A DNA stretch of 37,016 bases from a virus (taxonomy: Duplodnaviria; Caudoviricetes): positions 1 through 37,016 of the IMG/VR virus record IMGVR_UViG_3300027744_000003; one strand, written 5' to 3'. The notes below the pieces were generated by a model, which saw only the letters and a program-made list of their open reading frames with translations, ran no database searches and was not told where the DNA came from. Of the stretch, positions 24,594 to 34,466 are shown in pieces. The position numbers were made by a program, and so were the translations under genes. Positions within the stretch are counted from its first letter, which is position 1. Every line of letters starts with the position of its first letter.

Positions 24594-25669
24594 GTACAAT
24601 TATAAATGCAACTACCACTAATGGTGTAGTAATACAACCAGACAATAGTGGGTCTTTAGTATTACAAACTAATAGCGGTACTACAGCTTTAACTATAGAT
24701 ACAGCACAAAATGCAACATTTAACTCTACAGGTGGAATGACAATTCCTACTGGCACTACTGCTCAAAGACCAGCTAGTCCTACTATTGGACAAACAAGAT
24801 TTAATAGTAGTATTGGTGCTATTGAAGCATACAATGGAACTAATTGGATAGTTTCATCTATGAGCTTATCTTATACTGCTAGTTATTTAATAGTTGCAGG
24901 TGGTGGTTCTGGTGGATACAACCCCGGCGGTGGAGGCGGTGCTGGAGGCTTATTAACTAGCACATCATCATTACTTACAGGAACAACATATTCATTTACA
25001 GTTGGTGCAGGCGGTGCAGCAAATGGATTATCTGGTGGCTCTCAAGGAGCTGGTAATGTAGGCTCTAATTCTACTGGATTATCTTTAACCGCTCTTGGAG
25101 GCGGTGCAGGTGGTGGTGGCGGAAGTACAGGTAGCGGTGGAAATGGTGGTTCTGGTGGTGGAGCAGCAGGTTCAGGTTCAGTAGATGCTGTTGGTACAGG
25201 AACTTCAGGACAAGGTAATAATGGCGGTACTGCTCTTGTTGTATCATCATTTTGGGCAAGCGGTGGAGGCGGAGGTGCTGGAGCTGTTGGCGGTAATGCT
25301 GTAACCACAGGAGGTGTTGGCGGTGCAGGAACTGCTTCATCTATAACTGGTTCTTCAGTAACATATGCTGGCGGCGGTGGTGGTGGTGGTGATACTCGTG
25401 GTGCTGCTGGTGGTGCAGGTGGAGCTGGTGGTGGTGGTCTTGGTGGTGGAAATGGCACAACATCTGTAGCAGGTACAGTTAATACTGGCGGCGGTGGTGG
25501 TGGTGGCTCATTTAGTAGTGCAATTTCAGCAGCAGGTGGTTCAGGAGTTGTAATCCTATCCGTACCAACTACAAACTATTCAGGAACTACAACTGGATCA
25601 CCTACAATAACAACTTCAGGTTCTAACACTATTATTAAATTCACAGCTTCAGGAAGTTACACAGCATGA
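24590..25669 (+). CDS. Glycine-rich-domain tail fibre protein 1
   Basis: PTGTTAQRP adaptor, YLIVAGGG, poly-Gly runs and GGSGVVIL. Confidence 0.85.
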   Translation: MSTIINATTTNGVVIQPDNSGSLVLQTNSGTTALTIDTAQNATFNSTGGMTIPTGTTAQRPASPTIGQTRFNSSIGAIEAYNGTNWIVSSMSLSYTASYLIVAGGGSGGYNPGGGGGAGGLLTSTSSLLTGTTYSFTVGAGGAANGLSGGSQGAGNVGSNSTGLSLTALGGGAGGGGGSTGSGGNGGSGGGAAGSGSVDAVGTGTSGQGNNGGTALVVSSFWASGGGGGAGAVGGNAVTTGGVGGAGTASSITGSSVTYAGGGGGGGDTRGAAGGAGGAGGGGLGGGNGTTSVAGTVNTGGGGGGGSFSSAISAAGGSGVVILSVPTTNYSGTTTGSPTITTSGSNTIIKFTASGSYTA

Positions 25670-25712
25670 TTTATTTTTTACAAGTAATACATAGCTTAAA
25701 AGAGAATAACTA

Positions 25713-26279
25713 ATGGCTAAACTAATACTTAACGGTTCTACTTCAGGTTCAATAACATTAGAATCCCCAGCAGTATCAGGCACAACTACGCTAACATTAC
25801 CTACTACTACAGGCACTATTGCTCTTACAGCAGCTCCTACATTTACTGGTCAAGCTACAATACCTACTATTAATCTTACTGGTGGGCAAATAACATTTCC
25901 AACAACTCAATCAGCATCTAGTGATGGTAATACTTTAGATGATTATGAAGAGGGAACTTTTACTCCTTCTGTGACTGGAGTTACAGTTGGAACTACAACA
26001 GGCATATATATAAAAATAGGAAAGTTAGTATTTATTAATATGATTATACCAGTAACAAGTGGTAGTAATAATGGCATGACAATTACAAATTTACCATTTA
26101 CAACTTGGACAGGTAATAGACAAGTATTAATAGCTAGAGAAAATGCTGTTGTTGGTAAAACAGGACAATTATATATTGATTCAAATTCAACATCTGGTTC
26201 AATTCAAGATTATGCTGGAACTTCTGGCGGTACAAATGGTTACACTTGGATAATAACTGGTTCATATCAATCAGCATAA
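25713..26279 (+). CDS. Tail fibre-like protein
   Basis: NTLDDYEEGTFTP...YIKIGKLV...ITNLPF. Confidence 0.75.
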   Translation: MAKLILNGSTSGSITLESPAVSGTTTLTLPTTTGTIALTAAPTFTGQATIPTINLTGGQITFPTTQSASSDGNTLDDYEEGTFTPSVTGVTVGTTTGIYIKIGKLVFINMIIPVTSGSNNGMTITNLPFTTWTGNRQVLIARENAVVGKTGQLYIDSNSTSGSIQDYAGTSGGTNGYTWIITGSYQSA

Positions 26280-26290
26280 AGAAAAATATT

Positions 26291-26548
26291 ATGTCATTAA
26301 ATCAACAAATAAAAATAGATAGAATAGAAGTAGTAAGCAATAGAACTATTCAAGTTCGTCAAGCTACTATTATTACTGACAATGGCAATCAAATATCTCG
26401 TACATTCCATAGATGGTGCATAGTTCCAAGTCAAGACTATTCAGACCAAGAACAACAAGTGCAAGATATATGCAAGGTTACACATACACCAGAAGTCATT
26501 GCAGCGTATCAAGCACAACAAGAAGCTAATAAATTAGGAGCAGTATAA
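26291..26548 (+). CDS. Small tail-fibre partner/assembly protein
   Basis: IDRIEV...IQVRQAT.I...G..ISRTFHR...QDIC...HT.EVIAAY; ATG at 26291. Confidence 0.7.
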   Translation: MSLNQQIKIDRIEVVSNRTIQVRQATIITDNGNQISRTFHRWCIVPSQDYSDQEQQVQDICKVTHTPEVIAAYQAQQEANKLGAV

Positions 26549-27519
26549 TGCCTGTAAATATATCTGGGACAAATGGCATAACTAATGCTTCATGGACTAC
26601 TGCTGGTAGACCATCTTCTCCTAGTACTGGACAACAAGGGTATAACACGACTACTGGTGTAATGGAAGTTTATACAGGAACTGCATGGGTAGCAATAGGT
26701 GAACAATCAACTACTTATTCAGTAGACTTTTTAGTTGTAGCTGGTGGTGGTGGCGGTGGTTGCGGAACTAATGCTGGTAATGTTGAAGGTGGTGGTGGTG
26801 GAGGTGCTGGAGGCTTTAGAACATCAACTCAAACAGTAGCTAATGGAACAGTAATTACAACAACAGTTGGAGCTGGTGGTGCTGCGGCAACTGGTGCTGG
26901 TACAAGCGGAACATCAGGAGTTGCTTCATCAATATCAGGCACAGGATTAACAACAATATCTTCTACTGGAGGTGGTGCAGGAAGTAGAGATGGTGTTGCT
27001 GGAAGTAGCGGAGGTTCAGGCGGCGGCGGAGGTGCTAATGGAGGTGCTGGTGGTGCAGGCACAGTTGGTCAAGGTAATGCAGGCGGTGCTGGTGTTGCAG
27101 GCGGTAATGGTGGTGGAGGTGGTGGAGCTAATGCAGTTGGCGGAACAGGTGCAGGTACTAGTACTGGTGGAGCTGGAACAGCTTCCTCTATAACAGGTTC
27201 TTCAGTTACTTATGCAGGTGGCGGTGGAGCTGGTCAAGCAAACAATAATAATGCAGGTGGAGCTGGTGGAGGCGGTGCTGGAGCAAGGCAAAATACATCT
27301 ACTTCAGTAGCAATAGCAGGAACTGCTAATTTAGGTGGCGGTGGTGGCGGTGGTGCTGTTGGTGGAACTTCAGCAGCAGCAGCAGGTGGTTCTGGAGTTG
27401 TTATATTAAGTGTCCCTACTGCTAACTATACAGGCACAACTACTGGAAGCCCAACAGTAACAACTTCAGGAAGTAGTACAATTATTAAATTTACAGCCTC
27501 TGGCACATATACAGCATAA
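26548..27519 (+). CDS. Glycine-rich-domain tail fibre protein 2
   Basis: WTTAGRPSSP adaptor and FLVVAGGGGG; C-terminus nearly identical to protein 1. Confidence 0.85.
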   Translation: MPVNISGTNGITNASWTTAGRPSSPSTGQQGYNTTTGVMEVYTGTAWVAIGEQSTTYSVDFLVVAGGGGGGCGTNAGNVEGGGGGGAGGFRTSTQTVANGTVITTTVGAGGAAATGAGTSGTSGVASSISGTGLTTISSTGGGAGSRDGVAGSSGGSGGGGGANGGAGGAGTVGQGNAGGAGVAGGNGGGGGGANAVGGTGAGTSTGGAGTASSITGSSVTYAGGGGAGQANNNNAGGAGGGGAGARQNTSTSVAIAGTANLGGGGGGGAVGGTSAAAAGGSGVVILSVPTANYTGTTTGSPTVTTSGSSTIIKFTASGTYTA

Positions 27520-27528
27520 GGAAAAACT

Positions 27529-27876
27529 ATGTCACATTTCGCAAAAGTTTTAGACGGTAAAGTAGTACAAGTAATAGTAGCAGAAAAAGAATTCTTTGAT
27601 ACATTTGTAGACTCAAGTGCAGGTACTTGGTTACAAACATCATACAACACACATGCTAATCAACATCCAGAAGGTAGACCTTTAAGAGGTAATTACGCTG
27701 GCATTGGTTATACATACGATGCTACTAATGACGTATTCTACGCATCACAACCATTCCCATCATGGACACTAAACAATACAACATGGTCATGGGAAGCACC
27801 TGTAGTTATGCCTACAGATGATAAACAATACAAGTGGAATGAATCCATTACTAACTGGGAAGAAGTAACACTTTAA
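27529..27876 (+). CDS. Conserved partner of glycine-rich fibre genes
   Basis: MSHFAKV...WLQTSYN...RGNYAGIGYTYD...QPFPSW.L......WEAP. Confidence 0.8.
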   Translation: MSHFAKVLDGKVVQVIVAEKEFFDTFVDSSAGTWLQTSYNTHANQHPEGRPLRGNYAGIGYTYDATNDVFYASQPFPSWTLNNTTWSWEAPVVMPTDDKQYKWNESITNWEEVTL

Positions 27877-27886
27877 GGAGCAATAA

Positions 27887-28663
27887 ATGTTTGGCATAAG
27901 TGCATTTTCCCAAGCTCCTTTTAGCTCACTAGCTGGACAAACACAATTAGGTGTAGCATCAATAACAGCAGAAGCAACCGTAAGCATTGCAGGAACACGC
28001 TTTAGAACATCTAACGCAAGTATAAATGCTACTGCAACAATTACAGTTACTTTAAGCGGTGCATTAGTATTTGGCACAGCATCTATAAACGGCTTTGCAG
28101 ACTTATCTGCTGTAGCTACAAGAACACAGTTTGGTAGTGGTGCAATACTAGGAACAGCAATAGTATCTGCTACTGGTGGTTCTATAGCACTAGCTTCAGC
28201 AAGCATCACAGCAACAGGAACAGTTGTAGCAAATGGCTCTAGAACAGCTAGTGGTAATGCTTCTATCACAGCCAATGCTACAGTTACAGCTAATGGGTTT
28301 CGTATACTATCAGCAACAGGTTCTATAACAGGAATTGCTACAGTAACAGCTTTAGGTGGTTTAATAAATTCAGCTAATGCACAAATAAATGGGTTTGCTA
28401 TAGTTACAGCAAGTCCTAACGCTATACTAGCAGGATATGCTTATGTAGAAGGCATAGGAACAGTTACTGCTAAAGGTACAAGACAAGGTGAAGGATGGAT
28501 ACCTGTTACTCCAGGTGCAGAAACATGGACAGACGCTACAACATCTACAGATACATGGTCTCCAATATCAGCTTCTTCAGATACATGGACAACAATTACA
28601 GCAGGAACAGAAACTTGGACTGATACAACTCCAAGTACAGACATTTGGTTAAGACAAGGGTAA
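27887..28663 (+). CDS. Ala/Thr/Ser-rich virion protein with C-terminal Trp repeats
   Basis: MFGISAFSQAPFSSL start, A.I.A.ATV repeats, Trp every 10 aa at the C-terminus. Confidence 0.8.
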   Translation: MFGISAFSQAPFSSLAGQTQLGVASITAEATVSIAGTRFRTSNASINATATITVTLSGALVFGTASINGFADLSAVATRTQFGSGAILGTAIVSATGGSIALASASITATGTVVANGSRTASGNASITANATVTANGFRILSATGSITGIATVTALGGLINSANAQINGFAIVTASPNAILAGYAYVEGIGTVTAKGTRQGEGWIPVTPGAETWTDATTSTDTWSPISASSDTWTTITAGTETWTDTTPSTDIWLRQG

Positions 28664-28666
28664 AAA

Positions 28667-29401
28667 ATGGCAAAGACAAAAATTAGTGAATATTCAGCAA
28701 CCCCAGCAAGTAACACCGACATTAGTAATATTAACATTGCTGAAGGATGCTCACCTGCAAACGTAAACAATGCTATTCGTTCTTTAATGGCACAAATTAA
28801 AGACCTACAAGCAGGCACGTCAGGTGATACTATTCCATTAACTGCAGGTGGCACAGGCTCTACTACAGCTAGTGATGCTAGGACTGCATTAGGTTTAGTG
28901 ATTGGCACAAATGTTCAGGCTTACGATGCAAATACAGTATTTGATGATGTAGCAACTAATTTTACTGCTAAACAAACATTTACAGGTACTTCTGCACTTA
29001 TTTCATCTAAATTTGTTAATGCTATAGAAGGTATAACAGTATCAGCTACCGCAGCTACAGGCACAATTAACTATGATGCTACTACACAATCTATTCTTTA
29101 TTACACAAGTAATGCAAGTGCTAATTGGACTGTAAACCTTAGAGCATCTAGTGGTACATCTTTAAATACCGCTATGTCTACAGGTGAATCTATTACAGTT
29201 GTATTCTTAGTTACACAAGGCTCAACAGCTTATTATAATAACGTAGTTCAAGTAGACGGAACAACTGTTACACCTAAATATCAAAATGGTGTAGCACCCA
29301 CAGCAGGTAATATTAATAGCGTAGACTCTTATTCATATACCATTGTTAAAACAGGGTCAGCAGCTTTTACAGTATTTGCCTCACAAGTTCAATTCAAGTA
29401 G
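28667..29401 (+). CDS. Tail fibre/spike protein
   Basis: NIAEGCSPANVNNAIRSLMA N-terminal anchor; GGTGSTTASDARTALGL. Confidence 0.8.
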   Translation: MAKTKISEYSATPASNTDISNINIAEGCSPANVNNAIRSLMAQIKDLQAGTSGDTIPLTAGGTGSTTASDARTALGLVIGTNVQAYDANTVFDDVATNFTAKQTFTGTSALISSKFVNAIEGITVSATAATGTINYDATTQSILYYTSNASANWTVNLRASSGTSLNTAMSTGESITVVFLVTQGSTAYYNNVVQVDGTTVTPKYQNGVAPTAGNINSVDSYSYTIVKTGSAAFTVFASQVQFK

Positions 29402-29409
29402 GATAAAAA

Positions 29410-30099
29410 ATGCCTTTTTTAGCTAGAAAAGCAGTAACTACAGCACAAAGTTTTGGGCTAACTTCATCACAATATAAAACAGGCAACCAAACCTTTACGT
29501 CTAGCGGTTCATTTACTGTTCCTGCACAAGTTATAAGTCTTACTATTACTATGAGTGGCGGTGGTGGCGGTGGCGGTGGTGGTGCTACAGGTGCTGGCGT
29601 AACAGGAGGCACTTCTTATAAAGACATAAGAACAATTACTGTTAATCCTAATGAAACACTTACTATTACAGTAGGTGCTGGTGGTCAAGGTGGTAGGTCA
29701 GGTATATCTAATTGCGGAAGTAATGCTGCAACATGGACTACTATTAATAATGATGTTACTGACAGAAAAGGTCAAGGCGGTGTTGGACATACTAACGGTG
29801 GTGCTGGTGATGGTAGAAGTTGTATAAATTCAAATAGCACTACAGGTGGATGGGCTGGCGGTGGAGGTGGCTCTAGTGCGTATGTATATTCTGGCGGAAC
29901 AGTTATAGCTGGTAGTGGAGCAGGTGGAGTAGGCGGTGCTGACTCTATAGGATTTCAAGCTGCTGGCGGTATTGCAGGAAATTCAACAAGTGGCAATCAA
30001 GGTGCTACAGGTGCAGCAGGTGGTGCTGGGCAAGGTGCTACATATTCAGGTGGGTATGGCACAGATGGTTCAACAGGTTCTGTAGCTATTGTATGGTAA
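29410..30099 (+). CDS. Glycine-rich-domain protein 3
   Basis: QTFTSSGSFTVP, GGGGGGGG and TITVGAGG. Confidence 0.8.
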   Translation: MPFLARKAVTTAQSFGLTSSQYKTGNQTFTSSGSFTVPAQVISLTITMSGGGGGGGGGATGAGVTGGTSYKDIRTITVNPNETLTITVGAGGQGGRSGISNCGSNAATWTTINNDVTDRKGQGGVGHTNGGAGDGRSCINSNSTTGGWAGGGGGSSAYVYSGGTVIAGSGAGGVGGADSIGFQAAGGIAGNSTSGNQGATGAAGGAGQGATYSGGYGTDGSTGSVAIVW

Positions 30100-30142
30100 A
30101 TTATCAATGGATAGATAAAATTAAGGATTGGGAAGAAAAAGT

Positions 30143-31978
30143 ATGACAACGCAACGCATACAATTTAAAGACTGGTTACCTGACCAACCATCTATATTAG
30201 ATACAGTATCAGAAGCTAATAATGTTACTCCTTTAGCTATAGGATATGGTCCATTTAAGTCAGCAGTAAACTATTCTGCAAGTGCCTCTGAAGATTTAAC
30301 TAACGTATTTGCTACTAAAGTAGATAATGACGTTTCTGTATTTGCAGGCGGTCTTACTAAACTATTTAAACTAGACTCATCTACTTTAGCTTTAGATAGT
30401 GTTGGTAAAAGTGCATCACGAACAATAAGTAACGTAGCACTAACATCTAACGTAGCTACTATTACTACTGCTTCTGCTCATGGCTATAGCACAGGTGATA
30501 CTGTAACAGTAGACGCAAGTAATAACGTATTTGATGGTAGTTATGCCATTACTACTGTGCCTACTTCTACCACGTTTACTTACGCTAAAGTTAATGCTAA
30601 TGTTCCAAGTGCAGCAGCTACAGGAACAGTTATAGCAAGTGATTATACAGGAACATATAGATGGCAATTCTTACAGTTTGCTAACTATGCACTAGCCACT
30701 AATGGTTCTAATAAAGTTCAATATTACGATATAAACGCATCTTCTTATTTTGGTGATTTAGCTACAAATGCTCCTGTTGCAAAATATATAACAGCAGTTC
30801 GTGATTTTGTAGTGTGTGCCAATATAGGTGCAGGCACTAACCCAGCAAGGGTGCAATTTTCAGATATAAACGACCCTACAGATTGGACTTCAGGCGGTGC
30901 ATCACAAAGTGATTTCCAAGAGTTGCCCGATGGTGGTGACATAACTGGAATTGTTGGTGGTGAGTTTGGTATAGTATTTTTAGAAAAAGCCATTGTAAGA
31001 ATGTCATATATAGGCTCACCTTTATTCTTTCAATTTGACACGATTAGTCGTAACGTAGGTTGTATAGAGGGTGGTTCTATAGCTCAATATGGTGGTATAG
31101 CATACTTCCTATCAGATGATGGATTCTATTCATGTAATGGTCAACAAATTACTGCTATTGGCTCAGAAAAAGTAGACAGATACTTTTTTAACAACGCTAA
31201 CATTGGTGACATTGATTCTATATCAACAGCAGTAGACCCTGAACGTAACTTAGTTATTTGGGATTACACAACAGTTTCAGGTCCACGAGGATTATTAATA
31301 TACAACTTTGAAACACAAAAATGGTGTGAAGCTGATACAGACGTAGACTATCTTTCAACCCTAGCGACTACAGGTGTATCATTAGAAGGTATAGATACTG
31401 CTTACAACATAACAGCAGGCTCATTTGTAGCCACAAAACAATATACCATTAGAACAGTAGGCACAACAGACTTTACGCTTATAGGTGCAGTCGCTAATAC
31501 GGTAGGTGTATTATTTACAGCTACAGGTGTAGGCTCAGGCACAGGGGTCGCCATAGATATGGCAGCCTCAGCCGCAGCATTAAAGACAATAGACACTCTT
31601 GTAACTACAATGGATGACAGACTATACAAAGGTGGTAAATTCTTATTTGGTGGTGTTCGTGATGCTAAAGTCATCACATTCACAGGAACTCCAGCTACAG
31701 CAACTATCACTACAAACGACTTAGAGTACGGTTATAACTCTGTGCTTACTCTTATTAGACCTTCTGTAGATAGTGGCTCTGCAAGCGTTTCTGTGGCTTC
31801 TAGGCGTATGTTAGATGACACTATCACATATTCAACTGCTGTATCAGCAAGTCAAGAAGATAGATGTTCTGTTAGAAGCTCAGGTCGTTATCATAGAGTC
31901 AGTCTTACACCTACAGGTGCTAACTGGTTTTCAGCTATTGGATTAGATTTAGATTACTCTGAACAAGGAACTAGATAA
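30143..31978 (+). CDS. Tail tubular protein B/nozzle (P22 gp10-like, beta-propeller)
   Basis: F.DWLPDQP start, RVQFSDINDPTDW, IVFLEKAIVRMSY and YFLSDDGFY; size and position. Confidence 0.75.
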   Translation: MTTQRIQFKDWLPDQPSILDTVSEANNVTPLAIGYGPFKSAVNYSASASEDLTNVFATKVDNDVSVFAGGLTKLFKLDSSTLALDSVGKSASRTISNVALTSNVATITTASAHGYSTGDTVTVDASNNVFDGSYAITTVPTSTTFTYAKVNANVPSAAATGTVIASDYTGTYRWQFLQFANYALATNGSNKVQYYDINASSYFGDLATNAPVAKYITAVRDFVVCANIGAGTNPARVQFSDINDPTDWTSGGASQSDFQELPDGGDITGIVGGEFGIVFLEKAIVRMSYIGSPLFFQFDTISRNVGCIEGGSIAQYGGIAYFLSDDGFYSCNGQQITAIGSEKVDRYFFNNANIGDIDSISTAVDPERNLVIWDYTTVSGPRGLLIYNFETQKWCEADTDVDYLSTLATTGVSLEGIDTAYNITAGSFVATKQYTIRTVGTTDFTLIGAVANTVGVLFTATGVGSGTGVAIDMAASAAALKTIDTLVTTMDDRLYKGGKFLFGGVRDAKVITFTGTPATATITTNDLEYGYNSVLTLIRPSVDSGSASVSVASRRMLDDTITYSTAVSASQEDRCSVRSSGRYHRVSLTPTGANWFSAIGLDLDYSEQGTR

Positions 31979-32295
31979 TGGCTCGTAGTGATATGTACCG
32001 TAAACTACCTTGGACAGGTGGCGACCCAAGACAAGTAGCAGAAATAGTAAACAACCTAGTGGAAGGTAAGTCTAATAATACAGGCTCTTTCTCTACTACT
32101 GTTAGCACTACAACTACTACGCTAAGTGATGAACGTATAGGCTTTAACTCAGTCATTGTAATTATGCCACTAGACAGTAACTCTGCTGCTGAACTTATAG
32201 ATGTTTACTTTGATACATTTGCACAAGGTAGCTGCACAGTCCATCATGGAAGTCATGGTGTTTCAAGGAATTATCGTTATATAATAGTAGGATGA
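31978..32295 (+). CDS. Hypothetical virion protein
   Basis: Coupled ORF following the nozzle gene. Confidence 0.7.
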   Translation: MARSDMYRKLPWTGGDPRQVAEIVNNLVEGKSNNTGSFSTTVSTTTTTLSDERIGFNSVIVIMPLDSNSAAELIDVYFDTFAQGSCTVHHGSHGVSRNYRYIIVG

Positions 32296-32690
32296 TTTTA
32301 CACTATATACCTAAAGATAAGTTACGAGAGCATTGGGACTATGTTAAACATGGTCTTGAATTAGTAAGAGCTAAAGGTCACATGGAATGGATAATAGAAG
32401 ACATTTATTGTGACTGTTATGAAAACCGTTCTATGTTGTTTCTTGGAATAGTGGATAACAAAGCAGTAGGTTTTGTAGTATTACAGCCTATAGGCAACAC
32501 ACTTCATGTATGGGCTACATGGTCAACACTTAATGATGAAACACTATTTCATCAAGCATGGCAAGAAATTCAAGCAATAGCAAAACAAGGAAATAAGTCT
32601 AGGGTTACATTCTCTTCGCAAAGGCGTGGATGGGAACGTAAAGCTAGAGAAATGGGTTTTAAACCTCAAACATGGGAATTTATACTTTAA
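32292..32690 (+). CDS. Hypothetical protein with a possible GNAT-like fold
   Basis: AVGFVVLQ....LHVW...F.SQRRGWER....GF; position typical of the gene before ejection proteins. Confidence 0.55.
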   Translation: MILHYIPKDKLREHWDYVKHGLELVRAKGHMEWIIEDIYCDCYENRSMLFLGIVDNKAVGFVVLQPIGNTLHVWATWSTLNDETLFHQAWQEIQAIAKQGNKSRVTFSSQRRGWERKAREMGFKPQTWEFIL

Positions 32691-32700
32691 GGAAATAGAT

Positions 32701-33819
32701 ATGTTTAAGTTACACAATTGGGTACAAGAATTAGTACAGTCATTTACATTTTATGGTGGTGGTTCTGGTGGTGGTGGAGGTCAAACTTCTAAAACAACTA
32801 ATGAATTAGACCCTACTGTTAGACCATTCGTAGAATACGGACTTGGCGAAGCTAAAAATTTATATCAAACAGCAGGTCCTGATTACTTTCCTGGTCAAAC
32901 TTATGTAGGTCCTTCTTCACAAACTACTCAAGCATTAGGTTTGGCTGGACAAAGAGCTATGGCAGGCAACCCATTAGTTCCTGCTGCACAACAACAACAA
33001 TTAAGTTCTATTCAAGGTGATTATCTAAATGCTGGTAATCCATACTTTCAGCAAGCTCTTGCTGGTCCTACTCAACAAGCTACACAAGCATACAATGACG
33101 CTATTAGACAAGCACAAGGTGGTGCTTCTATGGCTGGTCGTTATGGCTCAGGTGCATCTGCTGACATTCAAAATAGAGCAGCAAATACTTTAGCTACAAC
33201 ATTAGCAAATACATACGGTAACTTGGCTTATCAAAACTATGCTGGGGAACGTGGTATGCAAAACCAAGCGGTTATGAATGCACCAACATTAGCACAAGCT
33301 GACTATGGTGATATTTCACAATTAGCTAACGTAGGTAAAACTACTGAAGATTATGCTAAAACTGCATTACAAGCTGACCTTGACCGCTTTAACTTTCAAC
33401 AAAACAAACCATATCAAAAACTATCTTCATACCTTGGTGCTGCCTATGGTGCGCCTATGGGTAATGTATCTACTACTACTCAATCTGGTGGTGGCGGCAA
33501 GATAGTATGTAGTGCTATGAATAAGGCTTATGGTTTTGGTTCATTCCGTCAAGCTATCTGGTTACAACATTCAGCTACAATGCCTAATGCTAAAACAATT
33601 GAAAAAGGATACCATAAACTATTCTTACCAGTTGTAGCATTTGCATTTAGCGATAAACAAACATTTGCTCGTAAACTTGTACGTAAGGTTTCAGAGCATA
33701 TTGCAAGACATAGAACTGCTGACTTATGGAAAGAAATGCGTGGTAAACGCAGAGACCCATTAGGTCGTATCTATCGTGCAATTATAGAACCAATGTGCTA
33801 TGTAGCAGGAAAGGTTTAA
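32701..33819 (+). CDS. Putative internal virion/DNA-ejection protein with a distinct C-terminal domain
   Basis: AAGGA RBS before the ATG at 32701; Gln/Ala/Gly-rich body; GGGGKIVCSAMN... C-terminal module. Confidence 0.7.
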   Translation: MFKLHNWVQELVQSFTFYGGGSGGGGGQTSKTTNELDPTVRPFVEYGLGEAKNLYQTAGPDYFPGQTYVGPSSQTTQALGLAGQRAMAGNPLVPAAQQQQLSSIQGDYLNAGNPYFQQALAGPTQQATQAYNDAIRQAQGGASMAGRYGSGASADIQNRAANTLATTLANTYGNLAYQNYAGERGMQNQAVMNAPTLAQADYGDISQLANVGKTTEDYAKTALQADLDRFNFQQNKPYQKLSSYLGAAYGAPMGNVSTTTQSGGGGKIVCSAMNKAYGFGSFRQAIWLQHSATMPNAKTIEKGYHKLFLPVVAFAFSDKQTFARKLVRKVSEHIARHRTADLWKEMRGKRRDPLGRIYRAIIEPMCYVAGKV

Positions 33820-33820
33820 T

Positions 33821-34462
33821 ATGGGACAACTATTAGTTCCTGCAATGATAGGTGCAGGTGTAGGTGCTGTAGGTGGTGCTGCAACAGGCGCTAACCCATT
33901 TAAAACAGCATTATTAGGTGCAGGTCTTGGTGCAGGCGGAGCAGGATTAATGGGAGCTGGTGCTGCAGGCGGAGCTACTGCTGCTACTGCTGCTGGTGGT
34001 GCTGATTTAGCTGCTGGAACTGTAGCTCCTGCTATATTAGGAACTCCTACTTTAAATGCTAGTTTATTAACTCCTGGTGCAATGGCAGGTTTAGGTGCTA
34101 CTCCTAGCGTATATGGTGGATTAGGCGCATCATCTTTACTAGACAAAACAGGTGCTTTCTTAACTAATAACATTGGCAATCCTTTTACTAATATGTCTAC
34201 AATGGATAAGATTAATTTAGGTGCTAAAGGTTTTGATGCTTTAAATCAACCACAACAACAACAAATGCAAGCTCCACCTGTTATGCCTATTACACGTGGC
34301 AATCCTGATATGGTATCTTCACCATTATATAACGTAGCACCTAATGTAGGCAAACAACAAGGCAATGAAATTGGTTTGCCTAACTTACTTTCTAGGATGC
34401 CTTTATCAGACGAAGAAAGAATGAGATTACAACAGATGGCTCAACAAGGATACAGAGGATAA
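33821..34462 (+). CDS. Putative internal virion/ejection protein (Gly/Ala hydrophobic N-terminus)
   Basis: AMIGAGVGAVGGAATG...ALLGAGLGAGGAG glycine-zipper-like segments. Confidence 0.7.
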   Translation: MGQLLVPAMIGAGVGAVGGAATGANPFKTALLGAGLGAGGAGLMGAGAAGGATAATAAGGADLAAGTVAPAILGTPTLNASLLTPGAMAGLGATPSVYGGLGASSLLDKTGAFLTNNIGNPFTNMSTMDKINLGAKGFDALNQPQQQQMQAPPVMPITRGNPDMVSSPLYNVAPNVGKQQGNEIGLPNLLSRMPLSDEERMRLQQMAQQGYRG

Positions 34463-34466
34463 TAAT

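Noticed and set aside
25330-27519. Diversity-generating retroelement template/variable repeat pair
   Set aside because: No reverse transcriptase is present, both copies are coding, and the differences are mostly synonymous rather than adenine-specific.
25042-29612. Pro-rich minus-strand ORFs (25042-25458, 26829-27062, 29394-29612 and others)
   Set aside because: Antisense shadows of GGT/GGC glycine codons in the fibre genes.
24890-30060. GGT/GGC runs as a CRISPR array or DNA tandem repeat
   Set aside because: In-frame glycine codons with synonymous variation; no repeat-spacer structure and no cas genes.
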